This document shows, piece after piece, positions 7,644 to 17,596 of a stretch of 52,293 nucleotides of DNA; position 1 is the first letter of the stretch; every line of letters begins with the position of its first letter. The notes under the pieces were generated by a model, which saw nothing but the letters and a program-made list of their open reading frames with translations, was not told the origin of the DNA and did not search any database. Source of the stretch: a virus (taxonomy: Duplodnaviria > Caudoviricetes); IMG/VR virus record IMGVR_UViG_3300022876_000006, positions 1 through 52,293 of that record. One strand, written 5' to 3'. The position numbers were made by a program, and so were the translations under genes.

Positions 7644-10582
7644 GCGTCGAGATCTCCCAGTTGCACACGTTTCACGCCGTTCGAGTCGTACACCTTGATC
7701 GCCCGGTTGGTCATTGTCAGTCGCCCACCACCCGGTGCCGGTCCGTTGAACTCAAGATTGCCGGCCTTATCGAGCCTCCAGCCTTGTACGTTCGCGATGT
7801 AGTTGTCCGATTGCAGGTACTGACCAATCTTCAGCATGGTGATGCTGCCGTCCTGGATGAAGGCGGAGTTCATGAACACCTGCCCACCCTGCACCGCGAA
7901 CGGTACCGACACAGCGCCGCCGGCAATCGAATTGACGATGGCAAAACGGTCGGCCGCGACCAGGAACTGACTCTGCAAGCCGGCGCCGGTGTTCTCGATG
8001 CCCAGGCCAATGCCAGCGGCGACATACTGCCCACCCGCCGTGATCTGCATCTTCACCGACCACATGGTCGAGGCCTTGCCATCCAGCGTGGCAACGGCTT
8101 GGCTGGTGGTCTGCACCGCGGCACTGGTTTGATTGACATCCGCCTGAACGGTGTCGATTCGCTTGGCCGTGGCAATGCCGTCCTCAAACCGCGCGGACTG
8201 CTCAGACCACACGCCGGCGTAGACCTGATCTGAACCCGCGTACCCGCCTGTATCGCCCGCCAGCGCGGGATTCACCTGCACGTATACCCCGTCGAGCTTG
8301 TTCGCCTGTGCGGTCAGTTGGTCGCCCTGTTGCTCAATATCCAGCGTGTTTTTCGAGACCTGCGCGGCCAGCGCATTTGCTTCCTGGATCGCCTGACCAA
8401 TGTCCTCCCAGTAGGTGAGATTTGGTGGCGGCGTGTTGATCGGCACAGCCTGCAAAGCCAGGTACAGGCGCCGCCCAACGCGCACTGTCTCCCCTTTCAG
8501 ATAGGTCGACGACGGTTTGTACTCCTGCGCATCGGCGATGTTGTCGATCTGCTCCTGAAGTCCGGGGATTTTGTCGATCTCGCTGACAATGTCCTGTCCC
8601 AACTCGGTACGGCCAACCTTCCCAGCCAGAGCGGCGAGGTAAGCCGAAACATCGTTCGAGGTCTGGGCCGGGACATAAAGGAAGGAGCTTTTCCCATAAG
8701 CATTGGATGAGCGGATGAAGTAGTAGTAGTTCTTCCAGAACCCCAGACCGGTATGGGTGAAGGACAGACCCTGCCCTAAATACGCGGCATCAGCGGCCGT
8801 TGCCGTGGGCGAAGTGCTAAAGAAGTACTCGTATGTCCCACCATTCAGACCTTTTTGCGAATTGCTCGGGATCAGCACGATGTTGTCGATCGACGACTGC
8901 ACCACGCAGCTTTCCGGAATGGGCGGCCCGTTGATGCTGACGGTGATCGTTGCTTCACCGGAGCGCGCCATTGGCCCGACCGCGGCCACGCTCATTGTGT
9001 AGTTGCCAGACGGCAGACCGTTGATGGCGATCTCCGTCGAAGTGGCAGGTACGTTGTGCGACTGAACTGCGGTAGCGCCCTGTCGGACGATGACGATGCA
9101 TTCCTTGACGATGCCCGTCGGCGAAAGCCACGACAGCACACCCTGAGTTACCTCGGCGGTGGTGTCCTGCGTCCATGTCAGCGAACTAGGTGTACCGAGA
9201 CCGCCGGCCGGCAGATTGATGAAGCCGATCGGGTTATACGGCTGGCCCACAGCATCATCGAAGATCGCCGCCTCGTACTGTTTGACCTGGACTGTGCAGC
9301 CTTCGCTGTCGCCCATGGACCAATCCGAAACAATGAACTCGCCCAGGATGTTCAGCGACGGCAAGTTGACCCGCACGACACGGCCCGGCCGGCAGTTGTA
9401 GCCGGCGAAGTTCATCGGAATACTGATCGCTCCGCCCGCGCGGCGCCGACGCAACTCCATGTTCGCCAGGCGCTGGGCCTGGTACGGATCGGTGACGTAG
9501 GAATAAGTCAGGGTTTCTGCCGCCTCGCCGCCGTCCTCAACGATCCATTCGGCGACACTGACCTCGGGATAGTCGGTTTCCGTCCACGACTGCGACGGAT
9601 CAATGAACGTGCCCCGGACGGTGTTGATTGCTGAATCGTTGGTGGGCTCAGTGCTGCCGGTGACAGTGCCGATCACCATATCCTCGGTGATTTCGAAGTC
9701 ATACGGACCATAGTAGGCGCCCGCTTGGAGCATCCAACGGCCGCCAACACGGATCAGGTGGCCACCGCAGGCTGCTTCCAGCTTCTGCAGCACGCCCGTG
9801 CGCTGCTCGTCCGCACCGATCACGCAACCGCTGCGATAGCGCTGGCTGGTCGAGCCGTCGGCGTTGGTCAGCGCTTCGTCGCACACGTTGGCAGCGCTCG
9901 CGAAGGTTTCGAACACGATTTCATCGTCCGGCACGCCGCAACGCTCGCGCAGGAACCACAGCAGGTGCAGCGCAGTATTGGCGCTATAACCAGCGGCACC
10001 GGTGCGCGGATCGTAAATGTCGTTGCGGCCGCGCACCACGAAACGGGTATCCGGGATGCCCGACGGGAATTTCTCTGCGCTGTATTGCAGCGAAACCCGA
10101 ACAAACGACAGGCCCCGGCCGATCTGGCTGTCCTTCCAGTCAGGGCAGTTGGCCTTCAGGAAAGCGTTCACCTGGGTCGGATTGACCACCAGTTCATAGC
10201 TGGCCAGAGGGCCAAACGAACTGATGTCTTCCTCGCCAAGGTAGATATTTTCGAGCGCCGCTATCGGGCCCTCTGACAACACGTACACCAGGTGCAGCCA
10301 CTCGCCCTCACCCTGCGCGCCAGCCTGCTCCTGCGCCCAGACCAGCACGCCGCCGGTGGAAACTCGGCCGAGGATGAAGCGAACCGGGGCCTTTGACGAT
10401 CGTACGGTCTGCGCCGACGGTTCGTTGTCGCGCAGCGGTGACTTGGTGTTGAGCTTTTCCTGCTGCTCGGATGCGTAAAAGGCCAGCGCGGCGCCAGCGA
10501 CCGCCCCCCACGGCCCGCCCTGGGCAAAACCAACAACCGCACCGACCACAACCGAGGCAAGTTTTCTGACGCCGCCGCTCAT
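7640..10582 (-). CDS. Tail tip/host specificity protein J-like (FN3 repeats, DUF1983-like C-terminus)
   Basis: 980 aa; VVRGRNDIYDPRTG, FN3-like segments, C-terminal YVAAGIGLGIEN...SQFLVAADRFAIVN...IQDGSIT. Confidence 0.88.
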   Translation of the reverse strand: MSGGVRKLASVVVGAVVGFAQGGPWGAVAGAALAFYASEQQEKLNTKSPLRDNEPSAQTVRSSKAPVRFILGRVSTGGVLVWAQEQAGAQGEGEWLHLVYVLSEGPIAALENIYLGEEDISSFGPLASYELVVNPTQVNAFLKANCPDWKDSQIGRGLSFVRVSLQYSAEKFPSGIPDTRFVVRGRNDIYDPRTGAAGYSANTALHLLWFLRERCGVPDDEIVFETFASAANVCDEALTNADGSTSQRYRSGCVIGADEQRTGVLQKLEAACGGHLIRVGGRWMLQAGAYYGPYDFEITEDMVIGTVTGSTEPTNDSAINTVRGTFIDPSQSWTETDYPEVSVAEWIVEDGGEAAETLTYSYVTDPYQAQRLANMELRRRRAGGAISIPMNFAGYNCRPGRVVRVNLPSLNILGEFIVSDWSMGDSEGCTVQVKQYEAAIFDDAVGQPYNPIGFINLPAGGLGTPSSLTWTQDTTAEVTQGVLSWLSPTGIVKECIVIVRQGATAVQSHNVPATSTEIAINGLPSGNYTMSVAAVGPMARSGEATITVSINGPPIPESCVVQSSIDNIVLIPSNSQKGLNGGTYEYFFSTSPTATAADAAYLGQGLSFTHTGLGFWKNYYYFIRSSNAYGKSSFLYVPAQTSNDVSAYLAALAGKVGRTELGQDIVSEIDKIPGLQEQIDNIADAQEYKPSSTYLKGETVRVGRRLYLALQAVPINTPPPNLTYWEDIGQAIQEANALAAQVSKNTLDIEQQGDQLTAQANKLDGVYVQVNPALAGDTGGYAGSDQVYAGVWSEQSARFEDGIATAKRIDTVQADVNQTSAAVQTTSQAVATLDGKASTMWSVKMQITAGGQYVAAGIGLGIENTGAGLQSQFLVAADRFAIVNSIAGGAVSVPFAVQGGQVFMNSAFIQDGSITMLKIGQYLQSDNYIANVQGWRLDKAGNLEFNGPAPGGGRLTMTNRAIKVYDSNGVKRVQLGDLDA

Positions 10583-10977
10583 TCAACCCTCCACGCGGCC
10601 AATGGCTCGCATACGACACGGCCTGCACCGTCGTCGGTTGTTGCCCAATAATCGCCAGCCCAGAAAACGGCCATGCTTCGGCCGCCAGGCGCGTCGTACA
10701 GCACCACGTCGCCGCGCTGGATGAATGCCAGCGGCACCCTTGCAAAATGGGCATCCCATGCCGCATCAAGGCTGCCGTGCTGCTTTTTCAATTGCCGTTT
10801 GGCGCCGGCCTCGGTCTTGTATTTGCCGCGGTAGTTCTCGGCTGGATCGACGCCACAAATCGCCGCCGTGCAGTCCGCCGCGAACAGGCAGCAGTCAAAT
10901 TCGCCCCATGAAAAAGGCCGCTCTTGGGCGGCCTTGATCACGTCATTCAGACGGGTTGTCCAGTCTCGGTAGCGCAT
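10579..10977 (-). CDS. Tail tip protein, NlpC/P60-like
   Basis: MRYRDW...PFSWGEFDCCLFAAD...RGDVV. Confidence 0.75.
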   Translation of the reverse strand: MRYRDWTTRLNDVIKAAQERPFSWGEFDCCLFAADCTAAICGVDPAENYRGKYKTEAGAKRQLKKQHGSLDAAWDAHFARVPLAFIQRGDVVLYDAPGGRSMAVFWAGDYWATTDDGAGRVVCEPLAAWRVE

Positions 10978-10979
10978 GG

Positions 10980-11582
10980 CTAACTTCCATAGGTGAATGT
11001 CGGTGCGTCCTTCTTCGAGCCCCAATAAATGGGCCACTCGGACATCTGGGCGATGGCGTAGAAGAACCGATCGCCGCCGTGGCGCGCGCGATGGTTTTCG
11101 TCGGTGAAGCGCTCGGTACCGGTGCGGCTCCATTCGGCCATCCGGTCGACCACGGGCACGGTGATGCTGTTGCCGTCCTGGCCGTTGCCAGCGAACGAGA
11201 ACTTGGCTGCATCCATCCGGCCGGAAAACAGGATGTCCGCCGCGTAGTTGCCGGCCTCGTCGAACACCACGAACAGGACCTTGGCCATTCGGCCTCGGCA
11301 ACCGCGCACGTTCGTCTCGGAGAGGATGTAGGCATCCAGGCCGCTCAGGGTCAGCTCGACCGACATCGGCGAACCGGAGTTGTCGCTTTCCTGCGACTGG
11401 CTGACCTGGCCGAAGTTGCCCACTCCCTGATAGGTGATGCCGTCGACGACCAAGTCACCGGTGCCGGTGTGTGCGAAGACCATGCCGTCCACGAAATCGA
11501 GCTGCACGGCGTACACCGGCATGAACCGGCCGGTAGCAATGATGTTCACCACGTTCTGGCTGAACGGGAATGCTGAGGGCAT
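10980..11582 (-). CDS. Minor tail (hub-like) protein
   Basis: Synteny; GDLVVDGITYQGVG, LFSGRMD motifs. Confidence 0.75.
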   Translation of the reverse strand: MPSAFPFSQNVVNIIATGRFMPVYAVQLDFVDGMVFAHTGTGDLVVDGITYQGVGNFGQVSQSQESDNSGSPMSVELTLSGLDAYILSETNVRGCRGRMAKVLFVVFDEAGNYAADILFSGRMDAAKFSFAGNGQDGNSITVPVVDRMAEWSRTGTERFTDENHRARHGGDRFFYAIAQMSEWPIYWGSKKDAPTFTYGS

Positions 11583-12166
11583 CAGAAAGCCTCCCTGAAT
11601 TGATAGCTGCCGTTCGCGACCACAGGGCGCACGGACAAGGACCAGGTGTCAGAAGTCATCCGCATTTCTGAATACGGGTTGAGGTACTCGACAGCGGTAC
11701 CGGCCGTGAGCGTTTTGCGGATCCGCTTGTTGAGCAGTACAGTCACCCTGCCCTGCGCATTTGCTGATGCAGGATCAGTGACCTCGAACATCTCGCCGGC
11801 AATGGTGATGTAGTCGCCGGCGCTGAAAGCCTGGGCGTTCGCCGTTGCACCACCGATGACCATCGACCGCGCCTGAGCGTTACCGGTGACCACCGTCAGT
11901 GCGCCGACGCTGTTCGTCCTGCGCCGGGTGAACGCCGGAAGGTTGAAGGTGCCCATCATACCGTCGAGCCGCCCGAGGAACGCCGACAGCTCGCGCTCCT
12001 GAGTCCTCGTCAATAGCCCGAAGGTCAGCGTGCACTGCCAGTAAGCACCCGGGTAGCCGATGATTTGCTGGGCGTTCGAAAGTGTCGACGTGAACGCCCT
12101 GCTGTTGTTGACGATGCCCCACGTCATTTCTGACGGGCGCAGCGAAGCCGGCCACGTGAGAGCCAT
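11582..12166 (-). CDS. Distal tail protein-like
   Basis: Synteny downstream of tape measure; AFLGRLDG motif. Confidence 0.7.
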   Translation of the reverse strand: MALTWPASLRPSEMTWGIVNNSRAFTSTLSNAQQIIGYPGAYWQCTLTFGLLTRTQERELSAFLGRLDGMMGTFNLPAFTRRRTNSVGALTVVTGNAQARSMVIGGATANAQAFSAGDYITIAGEMFEVTDPASANAQGRVTVLLNKRIRKTLTAGTAVEYLNPYSEMRMTSDTWSLSVRPVVANGSYQFREAF

Positions 12167-12194
12167 GCGGTACTCCTTGGGGGATTCGGGTGTT

Positions 12195-12494
12195 TTAGGT
12201 CTTGTTGAGCTGGCTCAGCGTTCCGCCAGGCCCAAGCAACTCACCGAAGGATTGCCCGTAGCTCGCCTTCATCCGTGCGACGTCCAGATCAATGAGCTCG
12301 AAAATTTCTTGGCCGACATGGTCGCCACACCGCAGTACAGCCATGATGCGCCCCATGATCTCTGCATTCAGATTCGCCTTGGCGCGCAGCTCACTTGGAG
12401 CAGTCCCAGCACTGATGTCGGCAAACACTACGGAATAGGTCGCCTCTCCGATGGCATGTACCAACTTCTCCATGTCCTCATCAGAAATATTCAT
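12195..12494 (-). CDS. Hypothetical protein
   Basis: 99-aa ORF coupled to tape measure stop, SD AAGGAG. Confidence 0.65.
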   Translation of the reverse strand: MNISDEDMEKLVHAIGEATYSVVFADISAGTAPSELRAKANLNAEIMGRIMAVLRCGDHVGQEIFELIDLDVARMKASYGQSFGELLGPGGTLSQLNKT

Positions 12495-15418
12495 CTGTTT
12501 CTCCTTATCAGTTGCATTGCTGGTCCGTTGCGCTTCAGGTCTCCCAGCATCATCTCATACGCCCTGTTGGACGCGCGCGTGATCGAATCCTCCATCCGCG
12601 AAAGCTGATCTTGATCCGGGTTTCCGTTGACCGTGAGATTGTTGACGATCGGAGGCAGCGACACTGAGCCGGCCGAGGGGCTGTTGGCCTGTGCAAGTGA
12701 TGATCCTGCGACGGTCGATCCGACGTAGCCGCCGTCAGCATAGCCCTTCGTGTTTGAGTTCATGCGCTCAAGGAATTCCCGGGCGCCTGGCTGGCTGACC
12801 ACATCCTTGCGCACCACGAACTCACCGCCGTGCACCACGCCCTTCGGCTCGAACTTGCCGCCGTCGCCGGTGTAGCCGCCGTCGGAGAAACCGTACTTCG
12901 AGCTGTAGCCGGCTGCCGATGCGCCTAGGCTCGACGATGTCGCCGCAGCCGATCCAGCGGCGAAGCCATTGCCGGCAGCAGATGCACCAGCACCCGCCAG
13001 CCCGCTGAACAGCGTGCCGAAGATACCCACCGCCGCCTGACGCACTTGGATTCGGATCAGGTCGGCGATGATGCCGTCCGCCAGATCCTTGAACGACAGC
13101 TTCCCGGTCTTCACGAACTGGATGATGCCGTCTTCCATGTTGCTGAAGGCATTGGTGAACAGGTTGCGGGTTTGGCCGGCAACGTCGCGGGCCTGCTCGG
13201 AGTAGGTCTGAAACGCCGATGAAGCGCCGAACGACCAGTCCGATTGGGCTTTGTCCACGTCCGAGTAATATTGCTGCTGCATCGCGAGGCGGGTTTGTAG
13301 TGCCGAGCGCAGGGCTTCGGTTTCCTGGCCGTAGAGGTTGTCGCTGATCCGCCCCTCGTTGTGCTGCTGCTCCAGTGCGTCCAGTTGAGACTGGTACTGC
13401 TGCTGGATGTTGAGCTGCTCCTGCAGGCGCTGCCGCTGCTGATCCCCCATTCCCATGCCGGCCAGATTGTTGTCCAGCCCGGTCTGGGCCTTCGCCAACT
13501 GGCTTGCGAGATTGGTCTGGAATGCGGCGAGCTTTTGCGTCTCGTCGGATGCGATCTTCCGCAGCGCGTTTTCCTTTTCGAGCGCTGCGTTTTTCTTCAG
13601 CTGAGCGGTGATCAGCTCCTGGTTGGCCAACAACGACTTCTGGTCGGCTGTCAGGGTCTGCTTACCCTTGATGTCAGCGAGTTCCTGCTCCCACTTCACA
13701 AGGGCCTGGCCGGCGGCGCCTAGCTTGTCGACCTCGCCCTTCTGTACGCCGATCAGTGAGGTCTGCTGCTGAAGGACGGCGTATTGCTGGCGGGCTTGGT
13801 CGAGCACCTTCATACCGGCGTCTTCGCGGTATGCCTTTGGCTTCTTCTCTGCTGCTTCTTTGTAGATCGAGTTCTCACGGATGGCTTTGAGCGCTGCCTT
13901 CTCTTGCTCGGCAGTGATCGTATACCCAGCCGCGCGCGCAGCATTGATGCGTTTTTCCTCGACCTCCAGCGCCTTGTTCATCTTTTGGCGCTTGGTGTAA
14001 TTATCCTCGATGCTTTTTTGGAAGCCTTCGTAGGCAGCCTGGCCGTCACGCTGGATCTGTGCGTTCTTCGCCTCAGCATCAGCAAAATCCTGCTGCGCTT
14101 TGCTCTTTTTTTCATACGCGGCAATCTCGGTTTCGATAGCCTTGATGCGCTCGCGCGTGTCATTGTCTTCAAATCCGGTATCCAGCAGGCTTTTTCTGTA
14201 CGCGAGTTCCTGCCGCAGCTTGGTCAGATCAGGGCCGGCGCTCGACTCTCGGCCGATACCCAAAATTGCATCCCATCCGCTTTTCGCCGCACCTGCCAGA
14301 TCGTTCCACGCCCTCTCAATGCTTCCGAGATTTTCTTTGATCGTCGCCGCGCGCTGGCCCAGCGCGTTGGCGAGCGCCTCTTGAGCTATAGCCGCCGCTG
14401 CCTCTTTCTCTCCCATTTCCTGTGCGGCACGAATTTGCTCATAGACCGCAGCTGTGAGGAAGTTGTACTTGTTATTGAGCTCGGCAACCGCTTTCACAGG
14501 ATCATCAGCAAGCCGAACAAATTCTGCGATCGTCTCGGAAACCGCTTTGCCAGTTGCTTTTTCGTATGCGATTGCGGACGTTGCGATCTGCTCAAAGCTT
14601 GAACTTGCGATCTTCCCGGTACCGGCAAGTTGCGCCAGTGCCGCGGCAGCGTCTGCCGTGCTGCCGACTGTTCCGCTGACGCGCTTTGCCATCTCGGCCA
14701 ACGCGAGAGTGGTAGCGCCAGCGGCATTGCCCGTGGTGACGATAGAGAGTCGATAGGCATCCTGCTCTTTCGAGCCTTGGTAATACGCCACTCCAAGAAT
14801 GCCAACCGCTGCAGCAGCCACAGTGAACGGATTGACTAGGCCAAGGATATAGCCGCCCAGCGCTTTCGCAGCAGGCCCGACACCGCCGAACATATCTTTG
14901 AGCTGGCCGCCCTGCTGCAGGAAAACGGTGAGTGGAGCCTGGCCGCCCTGCAGCGATACGGCGATATCGGTGAACTGCGCAGGAACACCACGTAGTGCGG
15001 CGGCTGTTGCCTTTGCCGTCATGCCGGTTTTTCCAAGGTCCGCGTTGAAGCGTCCCAGATCTGCCCGCGTGGTGTTAATCTTCGTTTGATACTCGGAAAA
15101 GGTATCCGCGTCTATCAAGCCGAGCTTCCGGTTTTTGGTCAGTTCCTTCTCTTGCTTGTCCAATTCGCCCAGCTTTCGGGTGACAGGGTCGATGCTACCC
15201 AGCAGCTCTTCCAACTGCTCTTTCTGCGTCTTGACCTTCTTGCCCGTGGTTTCCGATGACTGGCCGACGCTGTCGATTCCGTCTGCCAGCTTGTCCATCA
15301 CTGGCTTGGCACGCAGACCTGCCCCCTCGAGCGCCTCAAGTGCCTTTCGAGTGTCGGCAGCCTTTTGCTCGGCGTCCCGGCTGTCGATTTCCAGAACGAG
15401 GCGGGATGTCTGAGCCAT
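12491..15418 (-). CDS. Tail tape measure protein (lambda family)
   Basis: 975 aa; PAQFTDIAVSLQGGQAPLTVFLQQGGQLKDMFGG; C-terminal GGYTGDGGKFEPKGVVHGGEFV. Confidence 0.95.
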   Translation of the reverse strand: MAQTSRLVLEIDSRDAEQKAADTRKALEALEGAGLRAKPVMDKLADGIDSVGQSSETTGKKVKTQKEQLEELLGSIDPVTRKLGELDKQEKELTKNRKLGLIDADTFSEYQTKINTTRADLGRFNADLGKTGMTAKATAAALRGVPAQFTDIAVSLQGGQAPLTVFLQQGGQLKDMFGGVGPAAKALGGYILGLVNPFTVAAAAVGILGVAYYQGSKEQDAYRLSIVTTGNAAGATTLALAEMAKRVSGTVGSTADAAAALAQLAGTGKIASSSFEQIATSAIAYEKATGKAVSETIAEFVRLADDPVKAVAELNNKYNFLTAAVYEQIRAAQEMGEKEAAAAIAQEALANALGQRAATIKENLGSIERAWNDLAGAAKSGWDAILGIGRESSAGPDLTKLRQELAYRKSLLDTGFEDNDTRERIKAIETEIAAYEKKSKAQQDFADAEAKNAQIQRDGQAAYEGFQKSIEDNYTKRQKMNKALEVEEKRINAARAAGYTITAEQEKAALKAIRENSIYKEAAEKKPKAYREDAGMKVLDQARQQYAVLQQQTSLIGVQKGEVDKLGAAGQALVKWEQELADIKGKQTLTADQKSLLANQELITAQLKKNAALEKENALRKIASDETQKLAAFQTNLASQLAKAQTGLDNNLAGMGMGDQQRQRLQEQLNIQQQYQSQLDALEQQHNEGRISDNLYGQETEALRSALQTRLAMQQQYYSDVDKAQSDWSFGASSAFQTYSEQARDVAGQTRNLFTNAFSNMEDGIIQFVKTGKLSFKDLADGIIADLIRIQVRQAAVGIFGTLFSGLAGAGASAAGNGFAAGSAAATSSSLGASAAGYSSKYGFSDGGYTGDGGKFEPKGVVHGGEFVVRKDVVSQPGAREFLERMNSNTKGYADGGYVGSTVAGSSLAQANSPSAGSVSLPPIVNNLTVNGNPDQDQLSRMEDSITRASNRAYEMMLGDLKRNGPAMQLIRRNR

Positions 15419-15433
15419 TGTTTTCTCCAGGCG

Positions 15434-15460
15434 AAAAAAAGCCGCCCAAGAAAGGCGGCC
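15434..15460 (-). terminator. Terminator at moron boundary
   Basis: GCCGCC-loop-GGCGGC followed by T7 on the minus strand. Confidence 0.7.
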
Positions 15461-15487
15461 TGCAATGCGGTTCGAAGACTAGGCGAC

Positions 15488-15838
15488 CTATTTGCTCGCC
15501 TCTAAATACTGGTTTACATAATCCATGGACTCACCAATCTTCTGATTCATTGCGGTGAGGCTATCCATTTGTTGCGGCGTTACATGGTTGAAAAGATCCT
15601 TTGGATCAACCGATGCAGTGAATTTTTTAGCCTTGGCGCGAAAATTTTCATAGGCTTTCATCGCCTTTTTACATGGGCCTATATCATCCTTCTTTACTGA
15701 CGCCTCGCACTCTTTTTGCAGGTCTAACGTCACCCTTGCAGACGCAAACGCCTCGTCATAGGCAGTTTTTACTGGATCCGCCGCCATCGCAGCAGTGCAA
15801 TAAAACAAAGCTGCCGCGACCGTGTAAATTTTATTCAT
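15488..15838 (-). CDS. Secreted/periplasmic hypothetical protein (moron)
   Basis: Signal peptide MNKIYTVAAALFYCTAAMA, Cys pair, GGAG SD, low GC. Confidence 0.75.
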   Translation of the reverse strand: MNKIYTVAAALFYCTAAMAADPVKTAYDEAFASARVTLDLQKECEASVKKDDIGPCKKAMKAYENFRAKAKKFTASVDPKDLFNHVTPQQMDSLTAMNQKIGESMDYVNQYLEASK

Positions 15839-15894
15839 GAGCACTCCCCTAGGATGGCAGCAATCTACCACCATCCGCAGGAAGCGCCAAAACC

Positions 15895-16458
15895 CTACTG
15901 CCTGATCAGTAGGTCTCGCAGGACGGTCGCGATACCCGAGAAAATGTCGTACATCGAACTCGGCACAGCGAGGTATACAGAGCCAATGATGGTTAGGATG
16001 CCGGTAAGGATGATCGCCCCAGAGCCCTGCCCAAGAATTTTCGGAAGGGTCACATCTTCGTGATAGCGGATCTGTGCCAGGCAGATGTCGATGCGGTAAT
16101 TCGCGAGCTTGTTAAAAGAGCGAAATGTCTTCTCATCTTGAAACGAAGCTTTTTTGAGTTCATCGATTTGATCTTGAAGGTGCTTGGTGGGGTTTCGCGT
16201 ATCAACCCCCATGATGCCCGCAGAAAACTTGATGAAATGTGACGTTTTATCGTCAATCACAGGCGCATACGACTCATATGAAATCTTTTCGGCCTTGGCT
16301 GCTTTGCGCCCGCCGTTGAACGCCAAGATCATCGAAGTGACTGCGGATACAACTACAATCGCCAAGCCAAATGCGATGAACCAGTTGTCAGCTAAGAATC
16401 CCAGGGCAACAGACACTGCAAGAATCAAAATCGTGGAAATTGCTACGACGTAGGTCAA
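15895..16458 (-). CDS. Multi-TM membrane protein (moron)
   Basis: Two N-terminal and one C-terminal hydrophobic helices, low GC. Confidence 0.7.
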   Translation of the reverse strand: MTYVVAISTILILAVSVALGFLADNWFIAFGLAIVVVSAVTSMILAFNGGRKAAKAEKISYESYAPVIDDKTSHFIKFSAGIMGVDTRNPTKHLQDQIDELKKASFQDEKTFRSFNKLANYRIDICLAQIRYHEDVTLPKILGQGSGAIILTGILTIIGSVYLAVPSSMYDIFSGIATVLRDLLIRQ

Positions 16459-16589
16459 TTGGTTTCATCCTTAAATTTTCTCTCGCCATTGTACGCCAGG
16501 CGCACAGTCTCGACTGTACGAATCCCCAGTAACGCCACTCTCCCGGCAGAGAGTAGCTTCCAGGTTTCACTCCAGACCAAGGAACGGCC

Positions 16590-17084
16590 ATGTCTCTAGA
16601 TCGTGCTTTACAACTAGAAATCCTCAGAAGGCTTGAAGCAGAGTATCCAGCCGCCGTTGATAGACTGCACGTCAACCTCGGTGTTGATTTCGGCGTTGCA
16701 ATTAAGAACATCCACTACCTGGCGGCGCACCAGCTGATCAGCGCTGAGTTTAGCGGGGCTATAGGACAGCGTGTCGCTACCCCCGGACCACTAAAAATAA
16801 CGCATCAAGGCCTAGACTTTCTCGCTGATGATGGAGGTCTAAGCGCCATACTGGGCGTGGTTACAGTGAAGATTCACGAAGACACTTTGAGGCAGCTCAT
16901 CGCAGCAAAAATTCAGGACTTTGACCTACCTGCGGAAGAGAGGAGCAGCCTTCTGCAAACTGTAAAAGAACTTCCCGGCGAGGCCATAAAACACCTTTCA
17001 GAGAAACTGCTTGATCTGGGGCTTGAAAATGCTCCCCGTGCAGTTTCACTAATTCATAAAGCCCTGCAGTACGTCCAGAGCTGA
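16590..17084 (+). CDS. Hypothetical protein, possible N-terminal winged-helix (moron)
   Basis: LEILRRL...NIHYLAAHQLI...ITHQGLDFLADDGGLSAILGVVTVK; AAGGA SD. Confidence 0.75.
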   Translation: MSLDRALQLEILRRLEAEYPAAVDRLHVNLGVDFGVAIKNIHYLAAHQLISAEFSGAIGQRVATPGPLKITHQGLDFLADDGGLSAILGVVTVKIHEDTLRQLIAAKIQDFDLPAEERSSLLQTVKELPGEAIKHLSEKLLDLGLENAPRAVSLIHKALQYVQS

Positions 17085-17272
17085 AAGGCTCGCTCCCGCA
17101 CAGGCGCAGCTCCGCAACGCCAATGCGTCCGGAGCTTTTGTTCCAGAGGTCGAGGAATAACATCGGCTCATTCGCGTCGACGATGCTCAAGAACATTTCG
17201 GTGGACGACGCGCCGACCCTTCCGCTTAAGAATGAAACCACCATTTCACTTTGTCTAACTTCACGTCTCATT

Positions 17273-17596
17273 TCATTCATCCTCAGTTGCAAGGCACACC
17301 GCATCCAGCGCAAACATCACGTCGTCGATCTCATCGCGCGGCAGCGGCGACGGATGCGATTCCAGCCAGTCGGAGATCTCCCGGGCCGACAGTGGCAGTG
17401 GAAAGGCGCCAGCCATGCCGGCGATGTACCGGCGCCCGCGGCACACGTTGCGGTAGAGGTTCAGCAGGTACGCGGTGATCGGGTCGTTCTCGGGCTCATC
17501 CGGTACCGCCAGCTTCAGGCGCGCGTAGACCGCCCGGCGTTTTTCGCTTTCCCCTCCCCACTCGCTTTCCCACTGGAAGCGGTCGACGGCTTTCCC
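17273..17596 (-). CDS. Tail assembly chaperone -1 frameshift extension (gpT-like)
   Basis: Open -1 frame after slippery G GGA AAG (17590-17596): KAVDRFQWESEW...PLPLSAREI...ALDAVCLATEDE*. Confidence 0.8.
   Translation of the reverse strand, partial: GKAVDRFQWESEWGGESEKRRAVYARLKLAVPDEPENDPITAYLLNLYRNVCRGRRYIAGMAGAFPLPLSAREISDWLESHPSPLPRDEIDDVMFALDAVCLATEDE

Noticed and set aside
5947-10582. Diversity-generating retroelement or tail-fiber shufflon
   Set aside because: No reverse transcriptase, invertase or duplicated variable region found
16897-17313. 138-aa minus-strand ORF
   Set aside because: Overlaps the better-supported + gene 16590-17084 and the gpT-like frame; no recognisable motifs
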